The translations under genes and the position numbers were made by a program. The notes under the pieces are model-generated. The model saw nothing but the letters and a program-made list of their open reading frames with translations, was not told the origin of the DNA and did not search any database. A stretch of DNA of 63,550 nt, the filler included, from Licmophora abbreviata (taxonomy: Eukaryota): the NCBI GenBank assembly GCA_900291995.1. It is 17 parts of 17 records of this genome, joined end to end, with 100 filler letters (N's around TTAATTAATTAA, not from the genome) between each part and the next. Parts side by side here need not be neighbours in the genome. Positions count along the whole stretch, not along the records: positions 9,109 to 11,357 come from OLMU01005272.1; positions 11,458 to 13,478 come from OLMU01005274.1; positions 13,579 to 14,832 come from OLMU01005275.1; positions 14,933 to 21,078 come from OLMU01005276.1; positions 21,179 to 24,350 come from OLMU01005277.1; 12 more parts are not named here. One strand, given 5' to 3'. Below, piece after piece: positions 10,257-21,331 of this stretch. The first letter of the stretch is position 1; each line of letters begins with the position of its first letter.

Positions 10257-10544
10257 ATGCTTCACAGTATTTCTCTGGTTACTTTCCTCGTGGCTTTCTC
10301 CGCCACCGGAAACCTTCGCCACTCCGCTCCTCGCCGCCGATCGCTTGAACCAACGGAATACTTGGACGATCTAAACGCGCGAATCCATATCGGATTCATC
10401 CTTTCGATTAGGAGCTGCAATGGCGTCAACGATCTACTGCGCTTTGTCAAGCGCGTATCCTGCTGTACGACGGATGTCCTTACATTTTGTCCCGAAACGT
10501 GCGGGGCATGCCCTCCTGACCCAGGGTTTCCCCTTGCGAAGTAG
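10257..10544 (+). CDS. Small secreted Cys-rich protein with ShKT-like C-terminus (95 aa)
   Basis: Hydrophobic signal peptide, RRRSL processing motif, C...CC...CPETCGAC cysteine pattern. Confidence 0.55.
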   Translation: MLHSISLVTFLVAFSATGNLRHSAPRRRSLEPTEYLDDLNARIHIGFILSIRSCNGVNDLLRFVKRVSCCTTDVLTFCPETCGACPPDPGFPLAK

Positions 10545-10634
10545 AACGTATTTCATGGTTTGCAATCTCCCAAACTACAGTACTTTACGGACATGATTTG
10601 TTCAGGTCCAATCTGCTAGCCGCGCTTTCCTCGT

Positions 10635-11021
10635 TCATATCAGTTCGCGTTTGCCACCGTCGAATCCAACATGACTATCCAGATACGAGTGTCCTTCCAC
10701 AGTGACGTGTCCAGCTTCCTGCATGGCTTGCAGCTTGGGTCGAAATTCTAAAAATGGCTTGCTAGATCTATGCTCCTTCAAATAAGCGTCATTTTTATTC
10801 CTGTACCGCTCCAAGAGCAGCACCTGGAGTTCGTCTCTATCGCTCAAGAGCACTTGATACTGGAGCGTCCCGGGTTCATATTGCTCGACATGAATGGCGA
10901 GAGGCTGAATCAGCGACAGAAATTCCTCCTTGTAGACAAGTGAAGTGAAATTGAGAGTGACGAGGAGAGAAAACACAGACACTTTGGGCTGCGAGGGACT
11001 TGTGGACAAAGAGGATGCCAT
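10635..11021 (-). CDS. ABM (antibiotic biosynthesis monooxygenase / dimeric alpha-beta barrel) domain protein
   Basis: EPGTLQYQV...LLLERY....AY..EHRSS..F pattern typical of ABM/YgiN-like domains. Confidence 0.75.
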   Translation of the reverse strand: MASSLSTSPSQPKVSVFSLLVTLNFTSLVYKEEFLSLIQPLAIHVEQYEPGTLQYQVLLSDRDELQVLLLERYRNKNDAYLKEHRSSKPFLEFRPKLQAMQEAGHVTVEGHSYLDSHVGFDGGKRELI

Positions 11022-11843
11022 GGTTCATCGCCGTCGTGAAATGAGAACATTTTGGCATCGGCGTTTTGCGAGTGAAACATTCATATACTTATTCAATGCT
11101 ATTTAGTATTTAAAAAATGGATCAATTCATTTGCCGATACAACGTACTCAAATAGTACGACATGCGTCGGCATTGCCGTTTCGTTTTGCCTTTCGAAACT
11201 GACTTGAGACTTCGGCAAGCACGCGACACTCCAAACGCATGCACCGCATGCACCTCGTCTCTTCTGTCGGCAGCGCACTTGCTCGACCCTGGACGGCGAC
11301 CTAGAGCCACTCTGCAGTCAGTGTGCTGTCTGTTTTCAATCATTCTTCACCATGGTCNNNNNNNNNNNNNNNNNNNNNNNNNNNNNNNNNNNNNNNNNNN
11401 NTTAATTAATTAANNNNNNNNNNNNNNNNNNNNNNNNNNNNNNNNNNNNNNNNNNNNCAATCATGGGGGGTCGCGTTTCGAGATGATATCTAGGACTATT
11501 ACTAAGTATATTATCTATCGAATAGAACAATCCGCTGGGATTTTCATAGGAAAAGTCACGGAAATTACGTATGATAATTTAAGAGCTCGGCGCGGCACCC
11601 GACACGAGACAGATAAGAGAGACCTTAACTGTTACAATGAATAAGCGGATGAGGACGGCGCCCCTTTTGTACAACTTGAAAGTACGAAACTAGTCTACCA
11701 CCGTAACTTGACACTTCTTGGGCACTCCCTGTCAAACCGGCGAATCGTCTAGGCTTCGAGAGGACGATATCCCTTTCATCTTGTCTTTCAGACTTGAGTT
11801 TCTTGTCTTCGACGTAAACAGCGGAGTACGGACTTCGCGTGGT

Positions 11844-12872
11844 ATGAGACCTTCGGCGAGCAAACGCCGGTCCGTGTCCCAGTGCATGTTCCCTCACAAC
11901 CACACAACACGATCGGCGTCCATCTTGATGTTCCTATCGTTCGGAAGCGTCATTCTGCTCTTGTGGAATCGACCGCTTCCAACGAAGCGTCTCCCCCGCC
12001 CCGTGGCTCCGATGAAGCGGCTGCATACACCGGACTCGCAAGAAGGCTGTCAAGATGCCATCCCATCCTGGATCTGGAATCTCCATCGACAGGAAGATCG
12101 GTTGTACTCGCAAAGTGGCGAAGATGGCATTACGGAAACGCTGATTCAGCACATTCCGCCGCTACTCAAACAGTACGTCGAGTTTGGGACCGAACAGGGC
12201 ACACAGTGCAATACACGGATACTGCGTGACAAACATAACTGGACCGGACTCCTCATGGACGGAAGCAACGAAGATGCTACGATCAATTTGCATAAGGAAA
12301 CAATCTCGCCCTACAACATTGTCGACCTCTTTCAAAAATACAACGTCCCGAAACAGCCAGACTATCTCTCGGAGGATACAGACTATGCCGACTACTTTAT
12401 ATGGAAGGAACTGCTGCAGGCCAACTATCGACCACGAATTGTCGTGGGTGAAATCAATCCCAATCTGCTTCCTACAGAAAGTGCCACCGCGCGTTCTCCG
12501 ACCCAAGGAAAGATTCGGTTCTGGGAGAATGGCAATAATTACTTTGGCGTCAGTGCCTTGGCGCTCAAGCGGCTATGGAATCGATATGGATACCTCATGG
12601 TCTATTGCAATTTCAATCAAGTCAACTGTTGGGGCGTCAGGACGGATTTACTCGCTGACGCCGTACAAAATATCACGTACGTTCAAGACTGTCTATGGCG
12701 AAAGCCTCTTGCCTACCATCGAAAGCTTCACAAGAAGGATGACAAGGAGCAAACATACTGTTGGGTCGACGAACGTGGGGACATCGTGCCCAAGTGTGAC
12801 TACGTCGCCTCGTACACGGGTGTCGATTTTCATCCCTGGGCGAAGAAGAGCGATCCCACATTTGGGGAATAA
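11844..12872 (+). CDS. Type II membrane FkbM-related SAM-dependent methyltransferase
   Basis: N-terminal TM helix; YSQSGEDGI, YVEFG, GLLMDG, ISPYNI..LF, DYLSEDTDYAD, YRPRIVVGEIN. Confidence 0.7.
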   Translation: MRPSASKRRSVSQCMFPHNHTTRSASILMFLSFGSVILLLWNRPLPTKRLPRPVAPMKRLHTPDSQEGCQDAIPSWIWNLHRQEDRLYSQSGEDGITETLIQHIPPLLKQYVEFGTEQGTQCNTRILRDKHNWTGLLMDGSNEDATINLHKETISPYNIVDLFQKYNVPKQPDYLSEDTDYADYFIWKELLQANYRPRIVVGEINPNLLPTESATARSPTQGKIRFWENGNNYFGVSALALKRLWNRYGYLMVYCNFNQVNCWGVRTDLLADAVQNITYVQDCLWRKPLAYHRKLHKKDDKEQTYCWVDERGDIVPKCDYVASYTGVDFHPWAKKSDPTFGE

Positions 12873-13243
12873 ACTGCTGCTGAGCTATAGTTAACAATAG
12901 AATAACACTCTAGCCACAGTCGCCGATACAGGTAGACACTTCCGGTTCCATCGTTTCGCACGTATGTACCACTGCAACCCCACCCGACCCCATACAGATG
13001 AAAACATTCCATCGCACTGCCATCAGCACCGGTTCAACTTCTCCTGTTCTGCCTCGCCGAAAAAAAAGATATCGAAGCTGCGATAGCACAGGGAATAGAC
13101 GTCGCCTGGACCAGTTGAACGAAGAGAGTGCACAGCGTTTCCAACGTCGCCATATCGTTCAACAATTTGTTGGGCACGCCCACCAAAGTAATTGGTACAA
13201 CGGAAGCGTACGTCGCTGCCGTGTCCCTTTCGTACTATTGCTT

Positions 13244-14383
13244 CTACTCCCAGAATCCCTCACATGCCGGCTTGTGTCGTTCGCATACTTCCTTTGCCGT
13301 TCGTCTCACTTCAAGCATCCTCTCGTCCGCACTGACATTGGTCCAGCTCAAGTGAATTCGATTATAGTGACGGATGAAGGTCGCTTGGCGATAGCTGAAT
13401 TCTGCCGTCAAGGTCCGAACAAATTCGCTCGCATTCCGCTGCTGTAATACGCGATGCAAGATCTCTTGATCGCCATTGNNNNNNNNNNNNNNNNNNNNNN
13501 NNNNNNNNNNNNNNNNNNNNNNTTAATTAATTAANNNNNNNNNNNNNNNNNNNNNNNNNNNNNNNNNNNNNNNNNNNNGCTGTAATACGCGATGCAAGAT
13601 CTCTTGATCGCCATTGTCAATCTCTTCGTGTAGCCATACAAGCGCCTTTTCCTTCCAGTAGTGTGCGATTTCGCTAGTGGATGGATGATGAAGGTTCCAG
13701 AGTGTAATGCCATTGTTGATATGCCAGGTTCGTACAGGATCCTCTTTGTTGACTCGGTGCGCCACCACCATGGTCGTCGGGCTATCTGCAGCGGGTAAGA
13801 GTGATTCCACGTCCATGGTAAAGTTATAAATCAGGCAGTCGGCGTCGAGGATCAAGAGCAAATCGTAGGGTGGAACATGCTTGAGTGCTCGTAGGAGCAA
13901 CTCAATCTTGTTGAAAGACGAGTGTCTTTCTTGAAACTTGGGCGCATAGTCCGGCGGCTGCCCCGCGATCCCGACCCCACCCAGGCTCACATAGTCGTAG
14001 CCGTGCAGACTGGCGTAGGCCTTGTTCACTCCCGCCGTGGCGTGCAACATGTCCATGTACTTTTTCCCCAATCCAGAGTACTGTGATATCAAGACCCGAG
14101 GGGATTTCGCTCTCGTGGCGTCGTCGTTTGCGTAGTAGTGCCAGTCCCAGACTTTTTCGACCACCACGGGTAGTGATGATGGAGAAGCGATGATGATGCT
14201 GCTTGCTTCAGGAATGAGACTGAGCAACATGGAATGATGAAAGTACAGCATGGACGTACTTGCAAGGAGCAGAAGGAGCGTGAATCTCGAAAGAAGGCTT
14301 TGGCAATACCAGGACCCAAAACTTCTACCATTGGTATGATTGCGGCGGTGGGGTGAAGATGCACTCACTGATAGTGTTGTCAT
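13244..14383 (-). CDS. Type II membrane GT34-like (GMA12/MNN10-type) glycosyltransferase; spans a false gap
   Basis: TM anchor; NKAYASLHGY, FNKIELL, ILDAD (DxD), INNGITLWN, GDQEIL. A 38-nt duplication on both sides of the 13479 linker joins ORFs 13523..14443 and 13244..13459 in frame. Confidence 0.8.
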
Positions 14384-15176
14384 TCTTTTCGCTTTTTTGG
14401 TAGTTCTAAATTCAACTTTTTTCACAGTATCGTCGTCGTCCACTCTTCTCTGTACGATGACAAGTCAAATCAGAATCGAGTTACTATAGTGCCACTTTCT
14501 TTTGGTAGGTACCAGGTAGCAGCGATGATGCACTCTTGGAAGAGCATGGCACAAAGCGCACACAGAAGCGCAACAACTTCAAAACTTCAAACTGACGATT
14601 TTACGAATTTACATTTTACCGGTATCGCACTGCTGACTGAAATCTGGCCGTCGACAGTTCTTTTCTTTCAAACACTCCCCCACTGAATGTCAAGTCCTTC
14701 AACTAGAGTCTTTAAGCCACAGGACCCCAATGACGCTGGGATTGAAGCATCGGTCTGACTCGTGACTCAACTGGTGACTCAACTTCCTTCCAAAATTCAT
14801 GAGAAATTGAAAATTGAGCACCAAATTGAGCANNNNNNNNNNNNNNNNNNNNNNNNNNNNNNNNNNNNNNNNNNNNTTAATTAATTAANNNNNNNNNNNN
14901 NNNNNNNNNNNNNNNNNNNNNNNNNNNNNNNNAGACTTGGCGCGACTCACACTCCTGCTCTGCTTCCCATAATCTGCTGCACCGCTCATACAAGTATCAT
15001 AGTGACGCTAGTGAGAGATAGTGTCAAAGTGAGAGTCGACTTCTGGTGTCGGTAATGCAAGTCGGCGCATCGTACAATCAGCATCAGACAAATCTGGTTG
15101 TCTTTTTAGTACAAGAGAGACCCTCCAGAACGCTGGTTGACCGGTTCAGAGTTTAGAATAGACGCGAGATCAGCGA

Positions 15177-17936
15177 ATGAAGAAAGAGAAGGGCGCACAA
15201 ATGAGTCCGAATTTCCGATCTCGCCTCGGGTACTCATCATCTTCTACTAGCAGCAATAGAGTACGAAATTCAGGAAGCATGTCGAATGACGATGACGAGA
15301 CCGACCGCGGACATGGGAAACGAAGCTATATGCGTGGCCGACGAAACCATCGGAATCTCAAGTATTTATCCATACTTTGCTTCAATCTCGTGAGGTGGAT
15401 TGCTCAGCGGCGCCGAAGAATGGTTGGTTCCGTTTTGTTTATTCTGTGTCTTGACAACCTTGTCAACTACAAGCGGAGATATCGTCAACATTTTGGAGTG
15501 CATCCGATACACGGTGGATGGATCGGGGGCCTATGGGATCGCGTGGTATTGCAGAGAGTTATCGATCAGACTGCTCATCGCAGGTCAGAGGAGCTCGCTA
15601 AAATCGGCGTAGTCTTGCCAGCTCCTCATCGAACGCATCCGAGAAATGTGTTGCAGATCAACACCAATGCTGCTCTACGGGAAGTACTTGTTCGTCGCGA
15701 GACTCGGTCACGACGTTTGATCGAAATGGAAGATTTTGCAGAGACCTATTCTCGTGGCTGCGGAGCGGCTTTCGTGGGCAGTCGAATCCCCAAACACATC
15801 CTGATCCCTAACTCGCCATCATGGCCCCGTCGGCTTCGACCTGGGAAACCCGCCTCATTTGAGAAGGTCAGCTTTGATGGCGCCGAAATGCGGCATCTCA
15901 TTGAGGATTACTATCCAAAGTTGCTTTTGATATACGACTCATTGACTAACTCTGAGGACCGAACTCGTGTTTGGGCGATATGCGCGCTTCACTTCTTCGG
16001 TGGCGTGTTTCTTGGCAGAGAGGCCACGGCGAGACCAACTCTCGCCATTGAGCTGTTGGAAGGGTCGACTGGAGAAGCATTTTTAAACGATGGGGGATGC
16101 GAGTCTCCTCAAGGCTTCGCCTTGATTCATCAAACCAACACGACCGGCGTAGATTTGTTCATGATGGGCGTGACGCCGCGAAGTCCGCACCTGCGTTGCA
16201 TGCTGAACGCACTGGAACATGTTCGAGGTGACGCGGATGCTTCTCTAATTTTGTCGGCCCTCTTTATGGAAACATCCTGGGAATCATCGCAGACAATCAA
16301 ACAAGCATACGGAAAAGATGCCCCTTCGTCATGGGAACGTCTTTCATCGAAGTGCTACTATGGCAACGATCAAGATGCTCAGAGTGAATGTTGTAGGAGC
16401 CTCAAACTTGATTCCCTTTCGGGAGACATGCTGGAATCGTCCGCGTCTTCCAAGCAGTCAAAAGGCAGTAGAATATATGTACATGGGGTCGATTTGATCA
16501 GCATGGACAAAGACAAGAGGACGTCACAGTCACTGATACCCGCCACGGTAGATGTTCGAGAACGCGAGGGCACAGAAGCTCCTCTGAAAGGCAGAAAGAA
16601 GTCACTCGAGACATTAATGAAAGAAGAGCACTCTTCTCCCGGATGGCTTTGTTGTCGTTGTCTCAAGACGCCAGTTTACGGCTCCTTGGAGATGTGCTCA
16701 TCGCTCTGCGACTCTGGATTCGAGAGAATACTTTGCTACGCGCCTGATGTACCCCGACGAAAGGAAGTGACCGTTGAAGTTTCCATTGGCATGCGCGAAC
16801 TGAAGAGGGAGAGCGTCGCATACCTAGAATCATCCATCAAACCTGGTTCGAAGAGTTAAGCCTCGATCGATACCCAAAGTTGGTTCGGCTTCAGGAATCG
16901 TGGAAGAGTTCCGGATGGGATTATCGATTCTACACGGATGAACAAGCACGTGAATTCATTGTTAATAACTTTCCAGCTCGCTTTGTTGACGCGTTCGATT
17001 CGTTGATTCCGGGAGCGTACAAGGTAAGTTCGCTTGAAAACAGCCTATCGAATTATCCCCTCTCTACTGCACCATCTAATGATTGCATCGCCCCCTTTAG
17101 GCCGATCTGTTTCGCTATCTTGTGCTGCTGAAGGAGGGCGGTATCTATGCGGATGTGGACATTATGTTGGACGCGACACTGGACACCTTTGTAGAACCGT
17201 CATTGAGCTTCTTTGCGCCTCGTGATGTGGTGGGCGAATACGCCGACGAACCGTTCTGCCTTTGGAATGGGGTCATTGGAGCTGCGCCTGGCCACCCGTT
17301 CATCATTCGAACGGTCGAGCGCGTCGTGGGCCTCATTCTGCAACGGGCTGACTTATACGATATGGAACAGGACATTTGTCGGCGACAAGGCCGATCCATG
17401 GAAAACTGGAAAGTAAGGGCTGAGCCGCTTCTACTTGCATCGGGACCCTGTGCCCTTGGTGTAGCAGTCAATGAGGTTTTACAGCGCTCGTCCGTCGCAA
17501 AATTCGAAATTGGATGGATTCCAGCCGATCACATCAAGAGCAGTGAGGGAGACACGTCCGATCACGGCGATGCTCTTATCATGGTGGTATGTACAACTCG
17601 TGTCTTTTACCGTCGAGACCTGTGGTTAAGTTTAACAGAATTTTCTCATTTCTCCTCTTGTGACAGGGCGACAAATATGATCAAGGATCCTTCCGAATAT
17701 CAGATGCGGAGAGAAACGTGCTCTTGGCTTCTACGGATCTTCCAGGAGTGACCAAGGACCCTCGTGAGGTTGCGAATCCTACTCGGAGCGAGCTCCTGCG
17801 CAAAGGGCATCGCAGACCGCAAGGTATGCACTACAGTGAAGCAGCGCGAGGAGAGTACGTCTGGGGCGCTCACAATGTCTATCATGATGACTACGTCCAC
17901 AATGAAAACCTAACATTCCATGTGGTGTACAACTAG
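15177..17936 (+). CDS. GT32-family (DXD sugar-binding, OCH1/SUR1-like) glycosyltransferase; introns 17024-17100 and 17587-17666; apparent frameshift near 16808
   Basis: IPRIIHQTW, GAYK|ADLFRY, GGIYADVD, GAAPGHPF, SGPCALG. Both introns are canonical and preserve frame. Confidence 0.85.
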
Positions 17937-18038
17937 TAGTATGCATAGTGATTTTGCTACTTGCCGATACTTGAGTAGATTGTCATCCTTTCGCCGAGAA
18001 TGTCTGTAGTGCTGTAGACAAGCTGGATAGTAAGGATA

Positions 18039-19142
18039 CTATGAAGCTCGCTTCCACCACACATTAAACGGCGGCTGCTTGTTAGCTTCCATTTCCTTGA
18101 GTAGAGCTTCCGAAATGGCGTTCTTGTCCATTTTCCCCTTCGGCATATTGCTGTGATTCGGGACAAAGCCGTAGTCAACCATGCGATCGACAATCTTGGG
18201 ACCTGTCGACTTCCAGAATTCGACAAAGACGTTCTTGACAATCCCTGATGTCAGCAAGCGCTTCGCTCCCTCCAATACTTCAATTTCATGCGATTCGACA
18301 TCAATCTTCATTATAGAAATGGAAATCGTGTTGGAAGACGCGCCATCAAACCAGCCCCGCGTCTCCGCAAACGAATCGAGTGCAACGAGAGGAGTCTTGG
18401 CCTTATTGTCGCTGGCTTGAAAGGTTTCTCCTTGTTTCATTTGTCGTAGCTTGGCCTCGCCGGGTTTGCCCTCTGGCCACTCAAGAACCATTTCCCCGTT
18501 CGACTTGTCGGTAACTCCATTGCGAAAGATGCTGACACGGCCGGCTGCGTCCCACCCACCATTCAGTTGTAACGATTGACAAAACCTGAATACGTTGGCC
18601 GGATTGGGCTCAAAGGATAGTACATTTTGACCAAAGCCCGCCGCGACGAGGGAAAAGTAGCCAATGTTGGCGCCGACGTCCATGACCCAGCCCCCAGGTT
18701 TGCTAGTACTACCACCACCGCTACCGGCCAGTACTTGCTCAAACCAGCTTCGCAATTCTTCTTCGTAATATCGTCCAGAGCTGTAGAGACTATACCTGAC
18801 CTTATCGTAGTCTTCATTGTGCACACTGACCCAGACTTTGGGCTTCGTAGTGGTCTGGCCCGCATGTACCTTGCCCTTGTTTGGATCAAAGTAGTTTGCG
18901 ACAAGGTCAGATTGACACGACGTGGCATCGCTCCCAATCATCAGATTTGATTGACCACTACTAACAGTAGGAAAGGGTCGTGTACATGTACTCTCCTGAA
19001 CACGCGTCGGACAGGAACCAGGTCGCCCCCACAGCACGAGACCGAGCAGTGCGGCGGCTAGAATCATCAGGGCGCGTTGCGTGAACCGCAGATTGTTCCA
19101 CAGAAGCACCAGTCTAGGACTCGATGGTTTGCTAGGGCGCAT
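18039..19142 (-). CDS. Type II membrane FkbM-family methyltransferase
   Basis: TM helix; MDVGANIGYFSL, FEPNP.N, VALDSF, MKIDVESHE.EVLEGA. Confidence 0.9.
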   Translation of the reverse strand: MRPSKPSSPRLVLLWNNLRFTQRALMILAAALLGLVLWGRPGSCPTRVQESTCTRPFPTVSSGQSNLMIGSDATSCQSDLVANYFDPNKGKVHAGQTTTKPKVWVSVHNEDYDKVRYSLYSSGRYYEEELRSWFEQVLAGSGGGSTSKPGGWVMDVGANIGYFSLVAAGFGQNVLSFEPNPANVFRFCQSLQLNGGWDAAGRVSIFRNGVTDKSNGEMVLEWPEGKPGEAKLRQMKQGETFQASDNKAKTPLVALDSFAETRGWFDGASSNTISISIMKIDVESHEIEVLEGAKRLLTSGIVKNVFVEFWKSTGPKIVDRMVDYGFVPNHSNMPKGKMDKNAISEALLKEMEANKQPPFNVWWKRAS

Positions 19143-19677
19143 GTTTGTGATTATGGGTGCGTTGAAAAGAGAGAGAGAGTCGAGACAACGGGCGGCTTCT
19201 GGGGTGAGTCGAGAGTACAATGGGTGTAAGTCTAATGTGGTAAAGTGTGTCTGTTAGCCTGACGTTGAGAAACACCGATTCGATTCATTCAAGGCGGGTG
19301 GGGTGAATTTTGAGTTTTGGGCTATTTAGGTTCATTTTTGGGAGACGCATCTGAACGTTGTGTCAATGTATTCCTTATTGAATAACGTATATTAAAGTCC
19401 ACCTAAATAAATACCACGCGAGCCACTACGGTGCAAACCTATGGTATCCAAAAAGTTGGCTCAAAGCGAAATTCGAAATTCATCACCTCCCTCCACACTC
19501 ATCTCACTTCGTCCTCCGCATCATCTTTCAGACTGTGCAGGTTCTCCTCTCTGCCCTGTCGCAGTTGCGCAATGCTGCGATTCCCATTGCTCCGGCACCC
19601 TTGGAAGCACCACCTTTAGGGGCAGGAGAGCAACCGCCATCGAGCAGTGGCTCAAATTGTTTGAAATACGCCCCCCC

Positions 19678-20739
19678 ATGTTGTCCATCATAATGGCGAG
19701 GAGACGTCGGTCCGTGACAACCAAAACATTGTTTGCCTTAGCGCTCGTTGTCGGATTGCTCCACAATTTCAGCTTGCTACGCACGTTTTCTCTCCCGATA
19801 GTAAAAGAGGACCTTGAAAACATTAGCAACCAGCAGACGCTACTTCTGAAAGAACTTCACGGCCTGCATCTTGCCTTGGAAATTGTACTTGGGACTCCGA
19901 TCTCCCCGCACCAAGAGTGCGAGGCGTTCTTACAAAAGCCTACCTCGCACCGAGGCGGAAGACTCACGTGGTACACTTATTCCTCTTCCTCCTCATCTTC
20001 ATTGCGACATGGAAAGACTCTGGTGGCACAGTACGCAGGACTCACTGGTGACTATCCGGAAATGCTCAACATCACGTCCCGTCCGAACCACGCGTATGCG
20101 AGAAGTATGGGCTACGATTTTGTGACGCTACAGGGAATACTCGAGGGATGTTTGCCATGGCATTCCGCCTTTAATAAAGTAGGACTACTGCAGGAAGCAG
20201 CTCGAAGAGGTTACGATACATGTCTCTTGCTGGATGCCGATGCCCTTGTCGTGGATATGTCCATACCTCTCGAGACAATACAACCCGACAGTTCGACACT
20301 ACTTACGGCTCAATGGGTGGGCGGCACGAGCCGTTGGAATATCAACAATGGTGTCATGGTGTGGAACTTGCGTCATAAAATGTCGAATGCAATACTAGAC
20401 GATTGGCATAGCCGCGCTCTACAACGATTGCTCAAGTCGGCTCTGGGCATTCTCAAGCTGGCCTCGGACCAAGCAGCCCTGCATCAAGCATTGAGCAGTA
20501 CTCTGTCCGACTCTCAGCAAAAAGCCTATATTCAAAACTCATCTTCTTCTCTTTTCTACTACGAGCATGGAACGTTTGTCAAACACTTCACGAGGGAGAC
20601 GTCAAGTGACGGCAAGAAGAACGATTTCTCCGTGGCGTGGGATGCTCACGAGACGACTCTGGGTCGACTGCAGGTCCTTGCCGAGGCCGCCAGTCGAGTG
20701 TGTGACACGGGCAGCATCAATCCATGCGATGGCTTGTGA
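19678..20739 (+). CDS. Type II membrane GT34-like glycosyltransferase, paralogue of 13244..14383
   Basis: TM anchor; AQYAG, NHAYARSMGYDFV, FNKVGLL, LLDADA, INNGVMVWNLRH, SDQAAL. Confidence 0.8.
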   Translation: MLSIIMARRRRSVTTKTLFALALVVGLLHNFSLLRTFSLPIVKEDLENISNQQTLLLKELHGLHLALEIVLGTPISPHQECEAFLQKPTSHRGGRLTWYTYSSSSSSSLRHGKTLVAQYAGLTGDYPEMLNITSRPNHAYARSMGYDFVTLQGILEGCLPWHSAFNKVGLLQEAARRGYDTCLLLDADALVVDMSIPLETIQPDSSTLLTAQWVGGTSRWNINNGVMVWNLRHKMSNAILDDWHSRALQRLLKSALGILKLASDQAALHQALSSTLSDSQQKAYIQNSSSSLFYYEHGTFVKHFTRETSSDGKKNDFSVAWDAHETTLGRLQVLAEAASRVCDTGSINPCDGL

Positions 20740-21331
20740 TTGCTTGTTTACTGTTTACAGACTACTGCTACGGGACCTGGCAAATGGCAAAGTGTTGATG
20801 TAATAGTAGGGTACCTAGCTACCGCCTTGTTCTTCTACACAGGCACCAGAAACGTCGGTGTTTCAGTGGGTTATAGCTTATCGAGCCATCGTAAGAATGG
20901 GTGCAAGTAAACATCGGCACAATACTGTAAATTAATTGTGTTGGCTATGTACAATCCCGTCGTCGGTGGTGATTGCAATGATTGTTTAACAGTTAAGGTG
21001 AATTTTGATCTTGATTGTGCCAACCGGCCACGCAAGTCTGTGCATCACCCGGACGACATAACAAACCGAAAACGCATANNNNNNNNNNNNNNNNNNNNNN
21101 NNNNNNNNNNNNNNNNNNNNNNTTAATTAATTAANNNNNNNNNNNNNNNNNNNNNNNNNNNNNNNNNNNNNNNNNNNNCGCACGCGCGGAGTCGCCGCCT
21201 GCGTGGTTACGCGCGCGGCGGCTCCAACTTCGTTTCGAACTCTTCTGCGACGCCATATACGGCAGTACGGGTATCGCGGCACTACACCGACTTGTTTGCA
21301 GCAGCAGCGGCAGCGAAATAAGATATGCAGG

